This document shows, piece after piece, positions 19,826 to 29,601 of a stretch of 64,000 nucleotides of DNA. The DNA comes from Cenarchaeum sp. GTDB lineage: Archaea; Thermoproteota; Nitrososphaeria; Nitrososphaerales; Nitrosopumilaceae. The notes beneath the pieces were generated by a model. It was not told the DNA's origin, made no database searches, and worked only from the letters and a program-made list of their open reading frames with translations. Every line of letters begins with the position of its first letter. Position 1 is the stretch's first letter. The stretch covers positions 672,001-736,000 of the forward strand of contig CBDESU010000002.1 in NCBI GenBank assembly GCA_965242695.1. Reading direction: 5' to 3'. A program made the translations under genes and the position numbers.

Positions 19826-20040
19826 GCGCCCGTGCGCAGGCGTGGGGGGGGCGCCCGTGCGCAGGCGTGGGGGGGTTCGTTGGGGGGGGGCGTGCGCAGG
19901 CGTGGGGGGGTTCGGCGTCTGGGGGGGGGGGCAGGGGCGCCAGGTCACGCGTCGGTGTCGGGAGGGGCGACGGGGGCAGGCACCCGGCCCCGCAAAGGGG
20001 GCAGGGGCGCCAGGTCACGCGTCGATGTCGGGAGGGGGCG
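19826..20040. repeat. G-rich intergenic repeats: 3x cgtgcgcaggcgtgggggg and a ~41-bp direct repeat (19927/19997)
   Basis: Directly visible between the divergent ths and glyA genes. Confidence 0.85.
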
Positions 20041-20239
20041 GCCGCCGGCCCGGCCCGGCCCTGCCAGCCGTGCCGTCCGGCACCTCTGCTTCCAGCACCC
20101 CCTTGTGTGCGGCGCCGCTACCGCCGGCCCCTCCCCGCGGAGGGCAGGACAGGGCCGCAGGCCCCACGCCGTAGCTGGGGCGAGGGGGGCGGCCACCCAC
20201 CCTAGACGTTTTAAATGGGGATGGATGCGCAGGGGCTGC

Positions 20240-21568
20240 ATGGCAGACAAGTACGTGACCACTCCTAGGGAAATGTACCGGCAGGTCTTTGACGATCTGC
20301 AACGGCACCACAGGTGGTTCCAGAATGCGATACCGCTCATAGCAAGCGAGAACATACCGAGTCCCGCAGTGCGCGAGGCCCTCGCATCGGACTTTGGCAA
20401 CCGGTACGCCGAGGGCTGGCCCGGCGAGCGCGTCTACGCCGGATGCACCTACATCGACAAGGTCGAGGTCATGTGCGCCAAGATCGCGCGGACGCTGTTC
20501 AGGGCCCAGTTTGCCGACGTCAGGCCGATCTCGGGCGTAGTGGCCAACCTGGCCGTCTACTCGGCGTTTTCAAAGCCGGGCGACACGATGCTGGCCCCGT
20601 CCATACCGGCCGGCGGGCACATATCCCACGGCAAGAGGGAGCACTCGGGGACGGCCGGCCTGGTCCACGGCCTCGACATCGAGTTCTTCCCGTTCGATCC
20701 GATGGAGATGAACATAGACGTGGATGCGACCAAGAAGAAGGTGCGCCAGCTAAAGGGCTCGAAAAGGCCCAAGATTGCGATGTTCGGCGGGTCGCTGTTC
20801 CTGTTCCCCCATCCGGTCAAGGAGCTGTCCGAGTTCCTCAAGGGTTACGGCATGCACGTCAACTACGACGGGGCCCATGTGGCGGGGCTGATCGCCGGCG
20901 GAATGTTCCAGGATCCCCTGCGCGAGGGGGCAGACACGTTCACGGCCAGCACCCACAAGACCCTGTTCGGGCCGCAGGGCGGAATGGTCCTAGGCCGCAA
21001 GGAGCATGCCGATCCGATCAAAAAGGCCGTCTTCCCCGGCCTGACAAGCAGCCACCACATACACCACATGGCCGCAAAGGCCATCGCGTACGCGGAGGCG
21101 CTCAAGTTCGCAGAGCCGTACGCCAAGCAGGTCGTTGCCAACGCCAAGGCGCTCGCGGAGGCGCTCAGCGAAGAGGGCTTCAAGGTGCTCGGTGAGTCCA
21201 ACGGGTTTACAAAGTCGCACCAGGTGGCGGTCGACGTCCTCAAGTACTCGGACGGCGGCAAGGTCGAGAAGGCCCTCGAAATGGCCAACATCATAGTCAA
21301 CAGGCAGCTCATACCCGGCGACATCAAGGCTGGCAGGCACTACCTGCACCCGGGCGGCATCCGCCTGGGCGTGGCCGAGGTCACTAGGCTCGGCATGAAG
21401 GGCGACGAGATGAAGAGGATTGCCGAGCTCATCAGGCAGGTCGTCATAGACCGGGTGGATCCTAAGGACAACAGGATCAGGGCCAAGACGCTCAGGCGCG
21501 ACTTCCAGACAGTCTACTACTGCTTTGACCGCGCGACGCCGGCGTACAAGTACCTCCGGCTCAGGTAG
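20240..21568 (+). CDS. glyA: Serine hydroxymethyltransferase
   Basis: [35 protein letters not shown]. Confidence 0.97.
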   Translation: MADKYVTTPREMYRQVFDDLQRHHRWFQNAIPLIASENIPSPAVREALASDFGNRYAEGWPGERVYAGCTYIDKVEVMCAKIARTLFRAQFADVRPISGVVANLAVYSAFSKPGDTMLAPSIPAGGHISHGKREHSGTAGLVHGLDIEFFPFDPMEMNIDVDATKKKVRQLKGSKRPKIAMFGGSLFLFPHPVKELSEFLKGYGMHVNYDGAHVAGLIAGGMFQDPLREGADTFTASTHKTLFGPQGGMVLGRKEHADPIKKAVFPGLTSSHHIHHMAAKAIAYAEALKFAEPYAKQVVANAKALAEALSEEGFKVLGESNGFTKSHQVAVDVLKYSDGGKVEKALEMANIIVNRQLIPGDIKAGRHYLHPGGIRLGVAEVTRLGMKGDEMKRIAELIRQVVIDRVDPKDNRIRAKTLRRDFQTVYYCFDRATPAYKYLRLR

Positions 21569-21642
21569 CCCCCGGCGCGACGGCCGCCAAGGGCAGCGCC
21601 CGACGATCATCCTCCCCAAGCTTCGCCGCCCGTTGGCACCGC

Positions 21643-24600
21643 CTACTCCGCATAGTCCGTGAGCAACGCCTGGTCGCCGCCCCCCTTGCCGAACACCAGT
21701 TCGATCTCGTCGGCCAGGGCGTGGATGCGCCCGTGGTTGTACTTGCCGACTTCGTACTGCTCGACAAGGCGCTTGGCCGGCCCCAGGTACTTTTCGACCG
21801 AGGCCCTCGTAATGGTCTGTATGATCTCGTGGCCGCATTTGCAGCGGCCCTTGAGGGGCGGCCGCCGGTAGGACGTGTTGCAGGCGGTGCACCGCAGCTG
21901 CTGCCGCGCGTACGACCGCAGGTTGCCCATGATGTCGGGCACTAGGTGCGAGGAGATCACGTTCGTGACTATCACGGTCGTGTCGACGGCGCGTATCAGG
22001 TCGGCGTTGCGTATCTGCATGTCGAGCTTGTCGAGCATTGAGCCGACCGTCGAGTAGGCGCTGCGCGAGTTCGACGAGGCCAGCTGCGACGTCGCGTGCG
22101 TGTAGTGGTAGTTGCGGAACTGCTCGGGCGAGTCGAGGCGGGACCGGATGATCTCGATGCAGTCTATGTCGGACGCCTTTGGTAGGCCGAGCGTGGCCTC
22201 GAAGAACCTTGCGGGAAAGGCGCGCATGACCTCGAGGTTGTGCGCCTGCGGCTGCGACTCGTGAGGCAGGACAAGCGGCTGTATGAGCAGCGGCGCGTCC
22301 ATGAGCCCGCCGATCCTGTCGGACAGGTAGTCGCGCGAGAAGTTGAGCAGGACGTCCATGAGGAGCATTACAGAGTCGGCGTCGCCGTCGGCGTCGCGCC
22401 GCTTGGCCGAGTGCCAGTTCGGCGTCCCAAAGCACACCTGCATGCCCGTCCGGCCGATTATCCTGGCCACCACGCCGACCGAGGTGTGCGGCGCAAGTCC
22501 GACGACAAGGTGGCCCACCAGGCCGTCGGCGTCCTTGACGTTGTAGTAGCGCGGCCTGCCGTAGAGCCGCTCAAGCTCGTCGTCTATGTACCTGCACGCC
22601 TTGACAAGGTACGAGGCGCCCTCCTCGGGGATGACTATATCCTGCATCATAATCTCGACGGTCTGGTCGTCTCGCTCGAGTGGAAGGCCGTCTACGTCGC
22701 GCTCGTACCCGAGCTCCCTGAGCCGGGCCACGCTCGTGCCTATCCACGACGGCCTGAAGTGGGTCAGTGGCGAGTTGGTCGCGTCGAACCGAACCGTCCC
22801 GTCCTTGAAGACGGTTAGTCCGCAGCTCTGCCGGATCAGCCCCTTCTCGAGCGGCTCGGCGGCGCGGTCGTGGCTGATCAGCTCGTTGACCCCCTTGAGG
22901 GGGGTGTGCGCCCGAACGCGGGCCTGTTCCTGGGCCGCCGCGAGCATCTTCTTAAGCGGAACGGGCTTGTACGAGTATGCGGCAACCTTCCTGCCGCACG
23001 TATCGCACTCGGCGCCGTCCACGCTGGTGCGGCACTTGGAGCAGGTGCGCTCTAGCGATGTCTTCTCTCCGCATGCGGCGCACCGGATGCCGAGGGACAG
23101 CTCTCCGCATGCGGCGCACTTCCGGTTCGATATGTTCGTGAAGAAGGACGGCTCGTCGGCCGCCTTGATCAGGTCGCGCTGCGGCCCGCCCTTTGACGAG
23201 ACGGGAAACAGGCAGTGTACGGGAGGGTTCATGCTGCGCGCTGCCGCCTTTTCGGGGCGGCCAATCCTGACCCCCAGCGCGGTCGAGAATTTCGGCCGTA
23301 TCTCGACCCCGGACGATGCGGTGATCGCTGCCGGGACGGTCGGTCGGGCCCCGTCGCCAGAGCCCAGATCCGGCCGCTTTTCATAGAGCAGTACGTTGAA
23401 CAGGACGGCCTCGTCGCCGGACAGGACGGCCTCGTCGCCGTCGAGCCGATGGGGCACGCCAAGGCTCTCAAGGACGGGCTTGCACGTGGCAGCGTCAAGG
23501 CGCAGCTCGGCCGCGGCCGCATCGCCGCCGCCTCCGCCGTCCCCGTGCAGCACGCCCTCCAGCAACGCAGCCAGGTCGTCGATTGTGATCTGATCCCAGT
23601 AGTGTAGGTAGCGCGGGTGCAGCGGCACGCCAGCGTCCCGGGCAAGGCGCAACGACTCGGCAAGCGACGGGGGCTTTTCGAGGAAGCGGCCCAGGGCGGC
23701 GCGCGCCTCGTACCCGCCCTCCTTTATTCGGGCAGCCAGCTCCGCCTCCCAGTACTCCTCGACGTACCCGGACGGCACAAGCGGCGCGTTGTTCTCGAGA
23801 AAGTCGCCGAACGAGACGAGGGCGTCGCCGAGGTGGATCACCTCCTTGATCTTCCCCTTGAGGCGGGCGGCGTGCGCCGCGTCGCGGACCCGAACGACAT
23901 CGCCGCCGGCGAGCATCACCGTCGGCGGCTCGATCGAGTCGACCAGCGCCACGGTGGCGCCCTTTCCCGGCATGTCGATCTTGACCTGCGTGCCGACCGT
24001 TATCGTGTGCTCGAGGATCTCGGCGACCGCCGGATGGAACCCGACCGCCGCAAACCCCGTGTTGCATGCCCTGCCGTACCGCAGCCGGAAGCCGCCCAGC
24101 CGTCCCGGCGTGGACAGCACCGACCGGCCAATGATCACCTCGCGCATGCGCTTGGCCGCCGCGCCCTCCTCGTCGTCGCCCGTCTGGTCTGCGCCGTGCA
24201 GGTCCGCCAGCCACTCCCAGCCCTCGAGCTTGTACATGTCGATGCGCTTGAGGAGTTTTTTGGACCTGCCGATGAGCCCGTCGTTGAGGACGCGCAGCGC
24301 CCCGCCGCGCACCCGATCCGTCTTGATCCGCCGCATGCCTTTGTGGTTTACCACCTCGACGGGATCCGTGTCGACCCCGTCGAGCTCCACGGGCAGGTTC
24401 GATATGACCTTGACTATATCCTCGTCCTTGACGCGGTACTGGAACCCTATGCCCGACTCGCGCTCGTACACCCGCAGCTCCTCGACGAAGCGGCCCGTCT
24501 CGTCGTCGAACGAGTTGGCGGCGTACTTGTCCAGGCCGGCCGTCTTGCGCACGTGGTCCGCGAGCAGCATCGTGACGGCCGACTCGGTGCCGCCGGCCGA

Positions 24601-25077
24601 CCGCATCGGCCCCGCAATCGACACGGACAGGTACTCGCTCTCGTCCTTGTTCTTCTTTATGGTCACGTCGGCGATGCCCTGCAACGGGGCAATCGTCACT
24701 CCCTCGGTCACTACGGCCAGCCCGACCCTGACCGCCATGTCCAGGCGCTCGACGAGCTCTGCGTCCGGCTGCATGTACTTGCCGCGCGCGATCTCCTCGG
24801 ACAGGCGCAGCGCCGTAACCTCCTTGCCCTGCGATGCGAGGCGCTCGCGCAGGTCGGCGGCTATGTCGATATCGTGCATCCTCGCGACGCGGTCGGCCAG
24901 ATCGTACGCAATGCGCGGCTCTACGCTCGACGAGGCGTCGACGAGCGTCGACTTTGCCGCCGCCGCCGCCTCAAACTCGTCGCCCGACCGCTTCGTCAGC
25001 CCCGCGTAGTAGTCGTAGTAGTGGCCCGGCATGTCCATGCCGCGAAGGCGGCCCAGGGCATCGTCGTACGAGCTCAC
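21643..25077 (-). CDS. polC: DNA polymerase D large subunit DP2
   Basis: VVTEGVTIAPLQG, GPMRSAGGT, RIGRPEKA, KRRDADGDAD, zinc fingers. Confidence 0.97.
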   Translation of the reverse strand: MSSYDDALGRLRGMDMPGHYYDYYAGLTKRSGDEFEAAAAAKSTLVDASSSVEPRIAYDLADRVARMHDIDIAADLRERLASQGKEVTALRLSEEIARGKYMQPDAELVERLDMAVRVGLAVVTEGVTIAPLQGIADVTIKKNKDESEYLSVSIAGPMRSAGGTESAVTMLLADHVRKTAGLDKYAANSFDDETGRFVEELRVYERESGIGFQYRVKDEDIVKVISNLPVELDGVDTDPVEVVNHKGMRRIKTDRVRGGALRVLNDGLIGRSKKLLKRIDMYKLEGWEWLADLHGADQTGDDEEGAAAKRMREVIIGRSVLSTPGRLGGFRLRYGRACNTGFAAVGFHPAVAEILEHTITVGTQVKIDMPGKGATVALVDSIEPPTVMLAGGDVVRVRDAAHAARLKGKIKEVIHLGDALVSFGDFLENNAPLVPSGYVEEYWEAELAARIKEGGYEARAALGRFLEKPPSLAESLRLARDAGVPLHPRYLHYWDQITIDDLAALLEGVLHGDGGGGGDAAAAELRLDAATCKPVLESLGVPHRLDGDEAVLSGDEAVLFNVLLYEKRPDLGSGDGARPTVPAAITASSGVEIRPKFSTALGVRIGRPEKAAARSMNPPVHCLFPVSSKGGPQRDLIKAADEPSFFTNISNRKCAACGELSLGIRCAACGEKTSLERTCSKCRTSVDGAECDTCGRKVAAYSYKPVPLKKMLAAAQEQARVRAHTPLKGVNELISHDRAAEPLEKGLIRQSCGLTVFKDGTVRFDATNSPLTHFRPSWIGTSVARLRELGYERDVDGLPLERDDQTVEIMMQDIVIPEEGASYLVKACRYIDDELERLYGRPRYYNVKDADGLVGHLVVGLAPHTSVGVVARIIGRTGMQVCFGTPNWHSAKRRDADGDADSVMLLMDVLLNFSRDYLSDRIGGLMDAPLLIQPLVLPHESQPQAHNLEVMRAFPARFFEATLGLPKASDIDCIEIIRSRLDSPEQFRNYHYTHATSQLASSNSRSAYSTVGSMLDKLDMQIRNADLIRAVDTTVIVTNVISSHLVPDIMGNLRSYARQQLRCTACNTSYRRPPLKGRCKCGHEIIQTITRASVEKYLGPAKRLVEQYEVGKYNHGRIHALADEIELVFGKGGGDQALLTDYAE

Positions 25078-25847
25078 GGCCCAGACCCGCCGCTTCGGCG
25101 CCGCTGCCCCTGCATGGCGCCGATCATCTCCTCGATCACCGCAAGGCGGTCCGGCCCGGCGGCCTCTAGCAGCGTCCCGACGACGACTGCGTCGGCGCCG
25201 GCGGCCGATATCCGCCCCGCCGTCTCGGCGTCGCGAATGCCGCCGCCCACGATCAAAAAGCCGTCAAACACCTTGCGCACCGCGGCGACCATCTCGGGCC
25301 TTACGCTGGAGGCGGCCCCCGAGCCCGCCTCCAAGTACACAAACCGCATGCCAAGAAACCGCGCGGCCAGCGAGTACGCCGCGGCGATGGCAGGCTTGCC
25401 GTGCGGAATGGCCCGGGCCGAGCCGACAAACCAGGCCGTCGTGCCCTCGCCGACGACCAGATACGCGGTCGGAAGCGCCTCGAGGCCGTGCCGAAGGACG
25501 CTTGGCGCCGCCAGCGCCTGCGCCTGCGTGATGTAGTAGGGGTTTTCCGAGTTCATCAGCGAGCTGAACAGGATTGCGTCGGCGCCGCCAACCACCCCCG
25601 TGATGTTGCCGGGGAACAGCACGACGGGCACGCCCACGGCGTCCTTTATGCCCTGCACGGTTCGGGCAAGATCAACCTGGTCAGCCGTCGTCGACCCGCC
25701 GACCAGTATGGCCGAGGCGCCGCCAGACTCGGCCCGCCGGGCCGACTCGCTTGCCGCCGACGCGTCGGACACCTCCGAGTCGATGAGGGCAAACAGCAAC
25801 GTCCCCTTTTCAGAGCGCTCCCGGCGCAGCCTGGCCTCCACACCCAC
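25074..25847 (-). CDS. Geranylgeranylglyceryl phosphate synthase
   Basis: LIDSE, LVGGST, LFPGN, YLEAGSGA, VGGGIR. Confidence 0.93.
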   Translation of the reverse strand: MGVEARLRRERSEKGTLLFALIDSEVSDASAASESARRAESGGASAILVGGSTTADQVDLARTVQGIKDAVGVPVVLFPGNITGVVGGADAILFSSLMNSENPYYITQAQALAAPSVLRHGLEALPTAYLVVGEGTTAWFVGSARAIPHGKPAIAAAYSLAARFLGMRFVYLEAGSGAASSVRPEMVAAVRKVFDGFLIVGGGIRDAETAGRISAAGADAVVVGTLLEAAGPDRLAVIEEMIGAMQGQRRRSGGSGP

Positions 25848-25914
25848 GAGGAGGCGCCCGTCTGACGGTCTTTAAAGTTTAAGTGGCAGGCCCCGCATAC
25901 AGATTTGTATAGCT

Positions 25915-26277
25915 TTGACGGAACACGACGAGTCTGGTTTCAAGGGGATTATTAGGGAAATAATAGAAAAATCCCTGTTTACGGAGCGTCAAATTGAAAT
26001 TTTGTTACATTCGAAGGGCCTCAAGGAATCTAGTCTGGGCATTAGCAGGGGTGCGTACTACAGGCAGGAGGGCCAGGCGCGCGACAAACTGGCCCGATTC
26101 TACTACACGGCCGTCCTCCTGCGCGCCCTAGGCGTGCTACTGCCAGATGACATGGATGTAATGTCACGCCTAGCCGAGCAGGTATCAGTGATACTAGATG
26201 GTGATATTGGGGAGGAGCGCAACGATGAGGTGTTAGATGTGATTGAAAAGATCATAAAACAGGCGTCAAAAGTGTGA
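25915..26277 (+). CDS. Hypothetical HTH-like protein
   Basis: SLFTERQIEIL...ISRGAYYRQ (sigma-region-4/HTH-like). Confidence 0.7.
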   Translation: MTEHDESGFKGIIREIIEKSLFTERQIEILLHSKGLKESSLGISRGAYYRQEGQARDKLARFYYTAVLLRALGVLLPDDMDVMSRLAEQVSVILDGDIGEERNDEVLDVIEKIIKQASKV

Positions 26278-26400
26278 TTTGCGGGCGCGACCACGTGCGA
26301 CTCCATGCACAGTCTATGAGGCCAGCGTTGCAAAGATCGCGTGATTTGTGAGTTTTAGTTGACCAAACGACTTAAATCACCATACGGGGCGGGGCCAGCG

Positions 26401-27006
26401 TTGGCCATTGAACTGACGGCCCTAGAGATGGTGCTGGGCGGCATACTCGCCTTCCTTGCGGGGCTGTTCGCCCTGCTGTTCTACTACGAGCGGCGGACGG
26501 CGCGCCAGACGGCACAGAGTGGACAGGATCCGGCACACCTTGATCGCCTGGAACAGTACGAAAACCAGTTGATTGGTATGAAAATACGCCTAGATGCCCT
26601 CAGCTTAGGTGTCACAGAGCCGGCAGGCCAGGCAGGGCAAGAAGAGGGCGGCAGCCAGGACGCGTCAAGGGCTGCGGACGACAGGCAGGGAGAGCCGAGC
26701 AGGGAGAAGGCAACCACAAGCGAGCCACCGGCGCCTGTAGCGGCGTCCGGCTCAAAGCAGCCCCCGGCAGGCCCATATGATATTACAAATCACATATTAC
26801 AACTTATCACATCAAAGTCAATGACCTCTCGTGATATTCAAATCACAATCGGTAGGACGCGCGAGCATACATCAAGGCTAATGAAGCGGCTGGCAGAGGA
26901 AGGCCTCGTCAAGAGGCACCCCGGCTCGAGGCCATACACATACTCGATCACAGAGCGTGGGAAGGAGAGACTGGGAGGCCAGAAGAGCATAGCATCAGAA
27001 CCATAG
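26401..27006 (+). CDS. Membrane-anchored winged-helix (MarR-like) protein: TM + coiled coil + linker + wHTH
   Basis: VLGGILAFLAGLFALLFYY TM; LEQYENQLIGMKIRLDAL; MTSRDIQITIGRTREHTSRLMKRLAEEGLVKR...PYTYSITERG; TTG start about 25 nt after TTAAAT. Confidence 0.8.
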   Translation: MAIELTALEMVLGGILAFLAGLFALLFYYERRTARQTAQSGQDPAHLDRLEQYENQLIGMKIRLDALSLGVTEPAGQAGQEEGGSQDASRAADDRQGEPSREKATTSEPPAPVAASGSKQPPAGPYDITNHILQLITSKSMTSRDIQITIGRTREHTSRLMKRLAEEGLVKRHPGSRPYTYSITERGKERLGGQKSIASEP

Positions 27007-27221
27007 CGGCAGGCCATGCACCGCCCCCTCTCAAGGCCTTCTCCCTATACACTCGCGCCACAGCAACCTGGCATGTTATTCCTAGACCTGTCATGTACAC
27101 ATGTTCATTTTACGCTTAAATTAACATGTATTATTATTATTTTAATAAGTATTAATTATTATAAATTAGGCTTTTTATACCATAATAAATTATTTATAAT
27201 CAAAAATAATGCTTGGGCGGT

Positions 27222-27383
27222 ATGGATACGCAACATGACGAAGCGCTTGTCAAGGTCACAGTGGCAGGCACCATCTCGCTGCCAAAGCAGTTCAGAAAGT
27301 ACATGGACTTGCAAAGGGGCGACTATGTCAAGGTCGTACTTGACGGGGATCGGCTGACTGTGAGAAAGGCTGTTATCACATAG
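27222..27383 (+). CDS. AbrB/MazE/SpoVT family DNA-binding protein (53 aa, not in ORF track)
   Basis: MDTQHDEALVKVTVAGTISLPKQFRKYMDLQRGDYVKVVLDGDRLTVRKAVIT. Confidence 0.85.
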   Translation: MDTQHDEALVKVTVAGTISLPKQFRKYMDLQRGDYVKVVLDGDRLTVRKAVIT

Positions 27384-27792
27384 GCAGTCTTCCCGCTTGG
27401 CTGGCGGCCACCAGAGGGGCCTCCTTGACCACGTGGTACGACCACTCCCTGCCTGTTTTGACCCTCTCAAGCTGCCCCTTGTGGGCAAACCTCGACAGGT
27501 AGGTCGATATGACGCTCAGCTTGATGGGGCGATTGTACTCGTCCTCGTATTTTTCAAGCACAGCCGTCGAGGTAAACCGTCCCATTGGGTACTCCTTCTC
27601 AACGACATGCCATATCCTAGAGCCTACCGAGTCTAGGCTAGGCGCCTCCTTTGGGTCGTCCTCTATGTTTATCATCTCCATGGCCTCGAATATCCTAAGG
27701 ACCTTCTCCCTCGTGACTGCCCCCTCGAGCTTGATGTCGTACCTCATCCCGTCGGCATCCTCCATGTCGATGCGGATACGCTTGCGTCCCAT
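27376..27792 (-). CDS. Hypothetical protein with C-terminal wHTH-like domain
   Basis: FTSTAVLEKYEDEYNRPIKLSVISTYLSRFAHKGQLERVKTGREWSY. Confidence 0.75.
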   Translation of the reverse strand: MGRKRIRIDMEDADGMRYDIKLEGAVTREKVLRIFEAMEMINIEDDPKEAPSLDSVGSRIWHVVEKEYPMGRFTSTAVLEKYEDEYNRPIKLSVISTYLSRFAHKGQLERVKTGREWSYHVVKEAPLVAASQAGRLPM

Positions 27793-27799
27793 CACACCC

Positions 27800-28380
27800 T
27801 GTAGTGTGGCGCGCCGTTAACCCCTCTTGTCAATCTTTGTTAACATGCTAGGTTGTGAAAGTTGACGCCTAGTAGCCGCGCTGTAGGGGCCTGACGATAA
27901 CAGGCCTGCCGCTGGGGTGCCTGCCGCTGGGGTGCCTGCCACGCCTAGAGTGGAAATGAAGGGGTCAAACCGGCCCCTTCACAGTGTTAACGCCCATCTT
28001 CACGCCTAGAGTGGAAATGAAGGGGTCAAACCGGCCCCTCCTAGGCTGGACTTCACACCTACCTAGCGGCTGTGAACGGGCCTTGCCCTGTGTACCGTAC
28101 CCTCTACTCTACCCACACACCATCATTTCCACTCTCTTTCTTTTCAAATTTTTTTCAAGAGTAGCTGTCTGTGGGTGTGGTGTCGTCATGCCAGTATGAT
28201 CTAGAGTGGAAACGTGGGTGTGTGGGCAGGCAGGCGTGGCGGGGGAGGGACGGGGAGGGATGAACGCGGGTGGGTGCATGGGCGAAGGCGGCAGTCTTGG
28301 CAGGCTGTAGTCAACATCTTTACACCTCTGCCGAACAAACATCGACAAGCGGCGTTAACGACGGCCGGTGCGACCCTGCA
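27800..28380. other. Replication origin (oriC) with ORB elements
   Basis: AGAGTGGAAA(T/C)G-G-string boxes at about 27945, 28006 and 28201 (+) and 28111-28135 (-); T-rich tract 28136-28157; immediately upstream of orc1/cdc6. Confidence 0.85.
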
Positions 28381-28382
28381 AC

Positions 28383-29597
28383 ATGAGGGCGGTCTACGAG
28401 GACCCAGTCGAGAGGCTGTTCGAGGCGGCCGAGGCGGGGCAGATGCTCATCCAGAACAGGGAGATACTCCACTTCACCTACATCCCCGACGTGATACGGC
28501 ACAGGGACACGGAGCAAAAACAGGTGGCGCAGTCGCTCCTGCCGATCCTAAAGCAGTCGAAGCCGTCGAACCTCCTCGTGTACGGCAAGCCGGGAACCGG
28601 CAAGACGCTGGTGGTCCGCAAGATACTCGACCAGATACGCGAGAGGGTAGACCGCTCCGAGTTCCCGATAAGGCTCGTCTACTCCAACGCCAAGGAGGAG
28701 ACTACATTGTACGGGCTGTTCATAAGCCTCGGCAAGCAGCTGGGCCTCAGCGACAAGGACATGCCGGCGACGGGGCTTGCCATCGCCGAGATATTCCGGC
28801 GCATACTGGCGGCCGTCTCAAAGGGCGCCCTCAACGTGGTCTTCGTGATCGACGAGATCGACCACCTGGCGCACATGGTGGCCAAGACGCACAACGACGT
28901 GCTGTACCAGCTGACGAGGGCTAACGAGCGCGTCAAGGCAGGCTCGATAACCATAGTCGGCATATCCAACGACCTGACGTTCAAGGAACGCCTCGACCCG
29001 AGGGTGATCAGCACCCTGCGCGAGGAAGAGATAGTCTTTACCAACTATACGATAAGCCAGATACAGAGCATACTGAGGGACAGGATTGGCGCCGCGTTCG
29101 TCGCCGGCTCGGTGAGCGATCCCGCCCTGAGCCTCTGCGCTGCCATGGCGGGGCGCGAGCACGGCGATGCAAGGAGGGCCCTGGACCTGCTGCGCGTGGC
29201 GGGCGAGGTGGCCGAGCGCGAGCAGGCGCCGGCGGTCACCGAGGTCCACATCAGGGAGGCCGCCTCGAAGATAGAGGAGAACAAGGAGGTTACCGCCCTC
29301 AGGTCGTACCCCCTGCACGAGAAGCTGCTGATACTGGCCGTGATGAGGGCGCAGGGGTCGACGACCGGCGAGATATATGCCACGTACAAGAGCCTGGCGC
29401 GGACGATCCGCCAGAGCGAGCTGACCAACAGGCGCGTCACGCAGATGCTCAGTGAGATAGAGATGTCCGGGATGATATCCGGACGGATAGCCCACCAGGG
29501 CCGGCACGGGCGCACCAAGAAGTTCCGGCTTATGGTCTCGCCGGACATGGTAAAGAAGACGTTTGCCGGCGACCTAGCCCTGGTCGACGTCCTCTAG
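28383..29597 (+). CDS. cdc6: Orc1/Cdc6 replication initiator
   Basis: YGKPGTGKT, VIDEID, GISND, HGDARRALDLLR, C-terminal wHTH GRHGRT. Confidence 0.96.
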   Translation: MRAVYEDPVERLFEAAEAGQMLIQNREILHFTYIPDVIRHRDTEQKQVAQSLLPILKQSKPSNLLVYGKPGTGKTLVVRKILDQIRERVDRSEFPIRLVYSNAKEETTLYGLFISLGKQLGLSDKDMPATGLAIAEIFRRILAAVSKGALNVVFVIDEIDHLAHMVAKTHNDVLYQLTRANERVKAGSITIVGISNDLTFKERLDPRVISTLREEEIVFTNYTISQIQSILRDRIGAAFVAGSVSDPALSLCAAMAGREHGDARRALDLLRVAGEVAEREQAPAVTEVHIREAASKIEENKEVTALRSYPLHEKLLILAVMRAQGSTTGEIYATYKSLARTIRQSELTNRRVTQMLSEIEMSGMISGRIAHQGRHGRTKKFRLMVSPDMVKKTFAGDLALVDVL

Positions 29598-29601
29598 GGG
29601 G

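Noticed and set aside
19394-20239. Long N-terminal extensions of glyA (also cca 7911, DUR3 43527, ureD 48013, ureG 48330, pyrE 31474)
   Set aside because: Artefacts of stop-codon scarcity in GC-rich DNA; homology begins at downstream starts
27016-27488. ORF-track entries 27016-27357 and 27159-27488
   Set aside because: They cross the AT-rich patch and overlap the convincing 53-aa AbrB ORF in another frame
21643-29597. Inteins in PolD DP2 or Cdc6
   Set aside because: Both have normal lengths and no intein or LAGLIDADG motifs are visible
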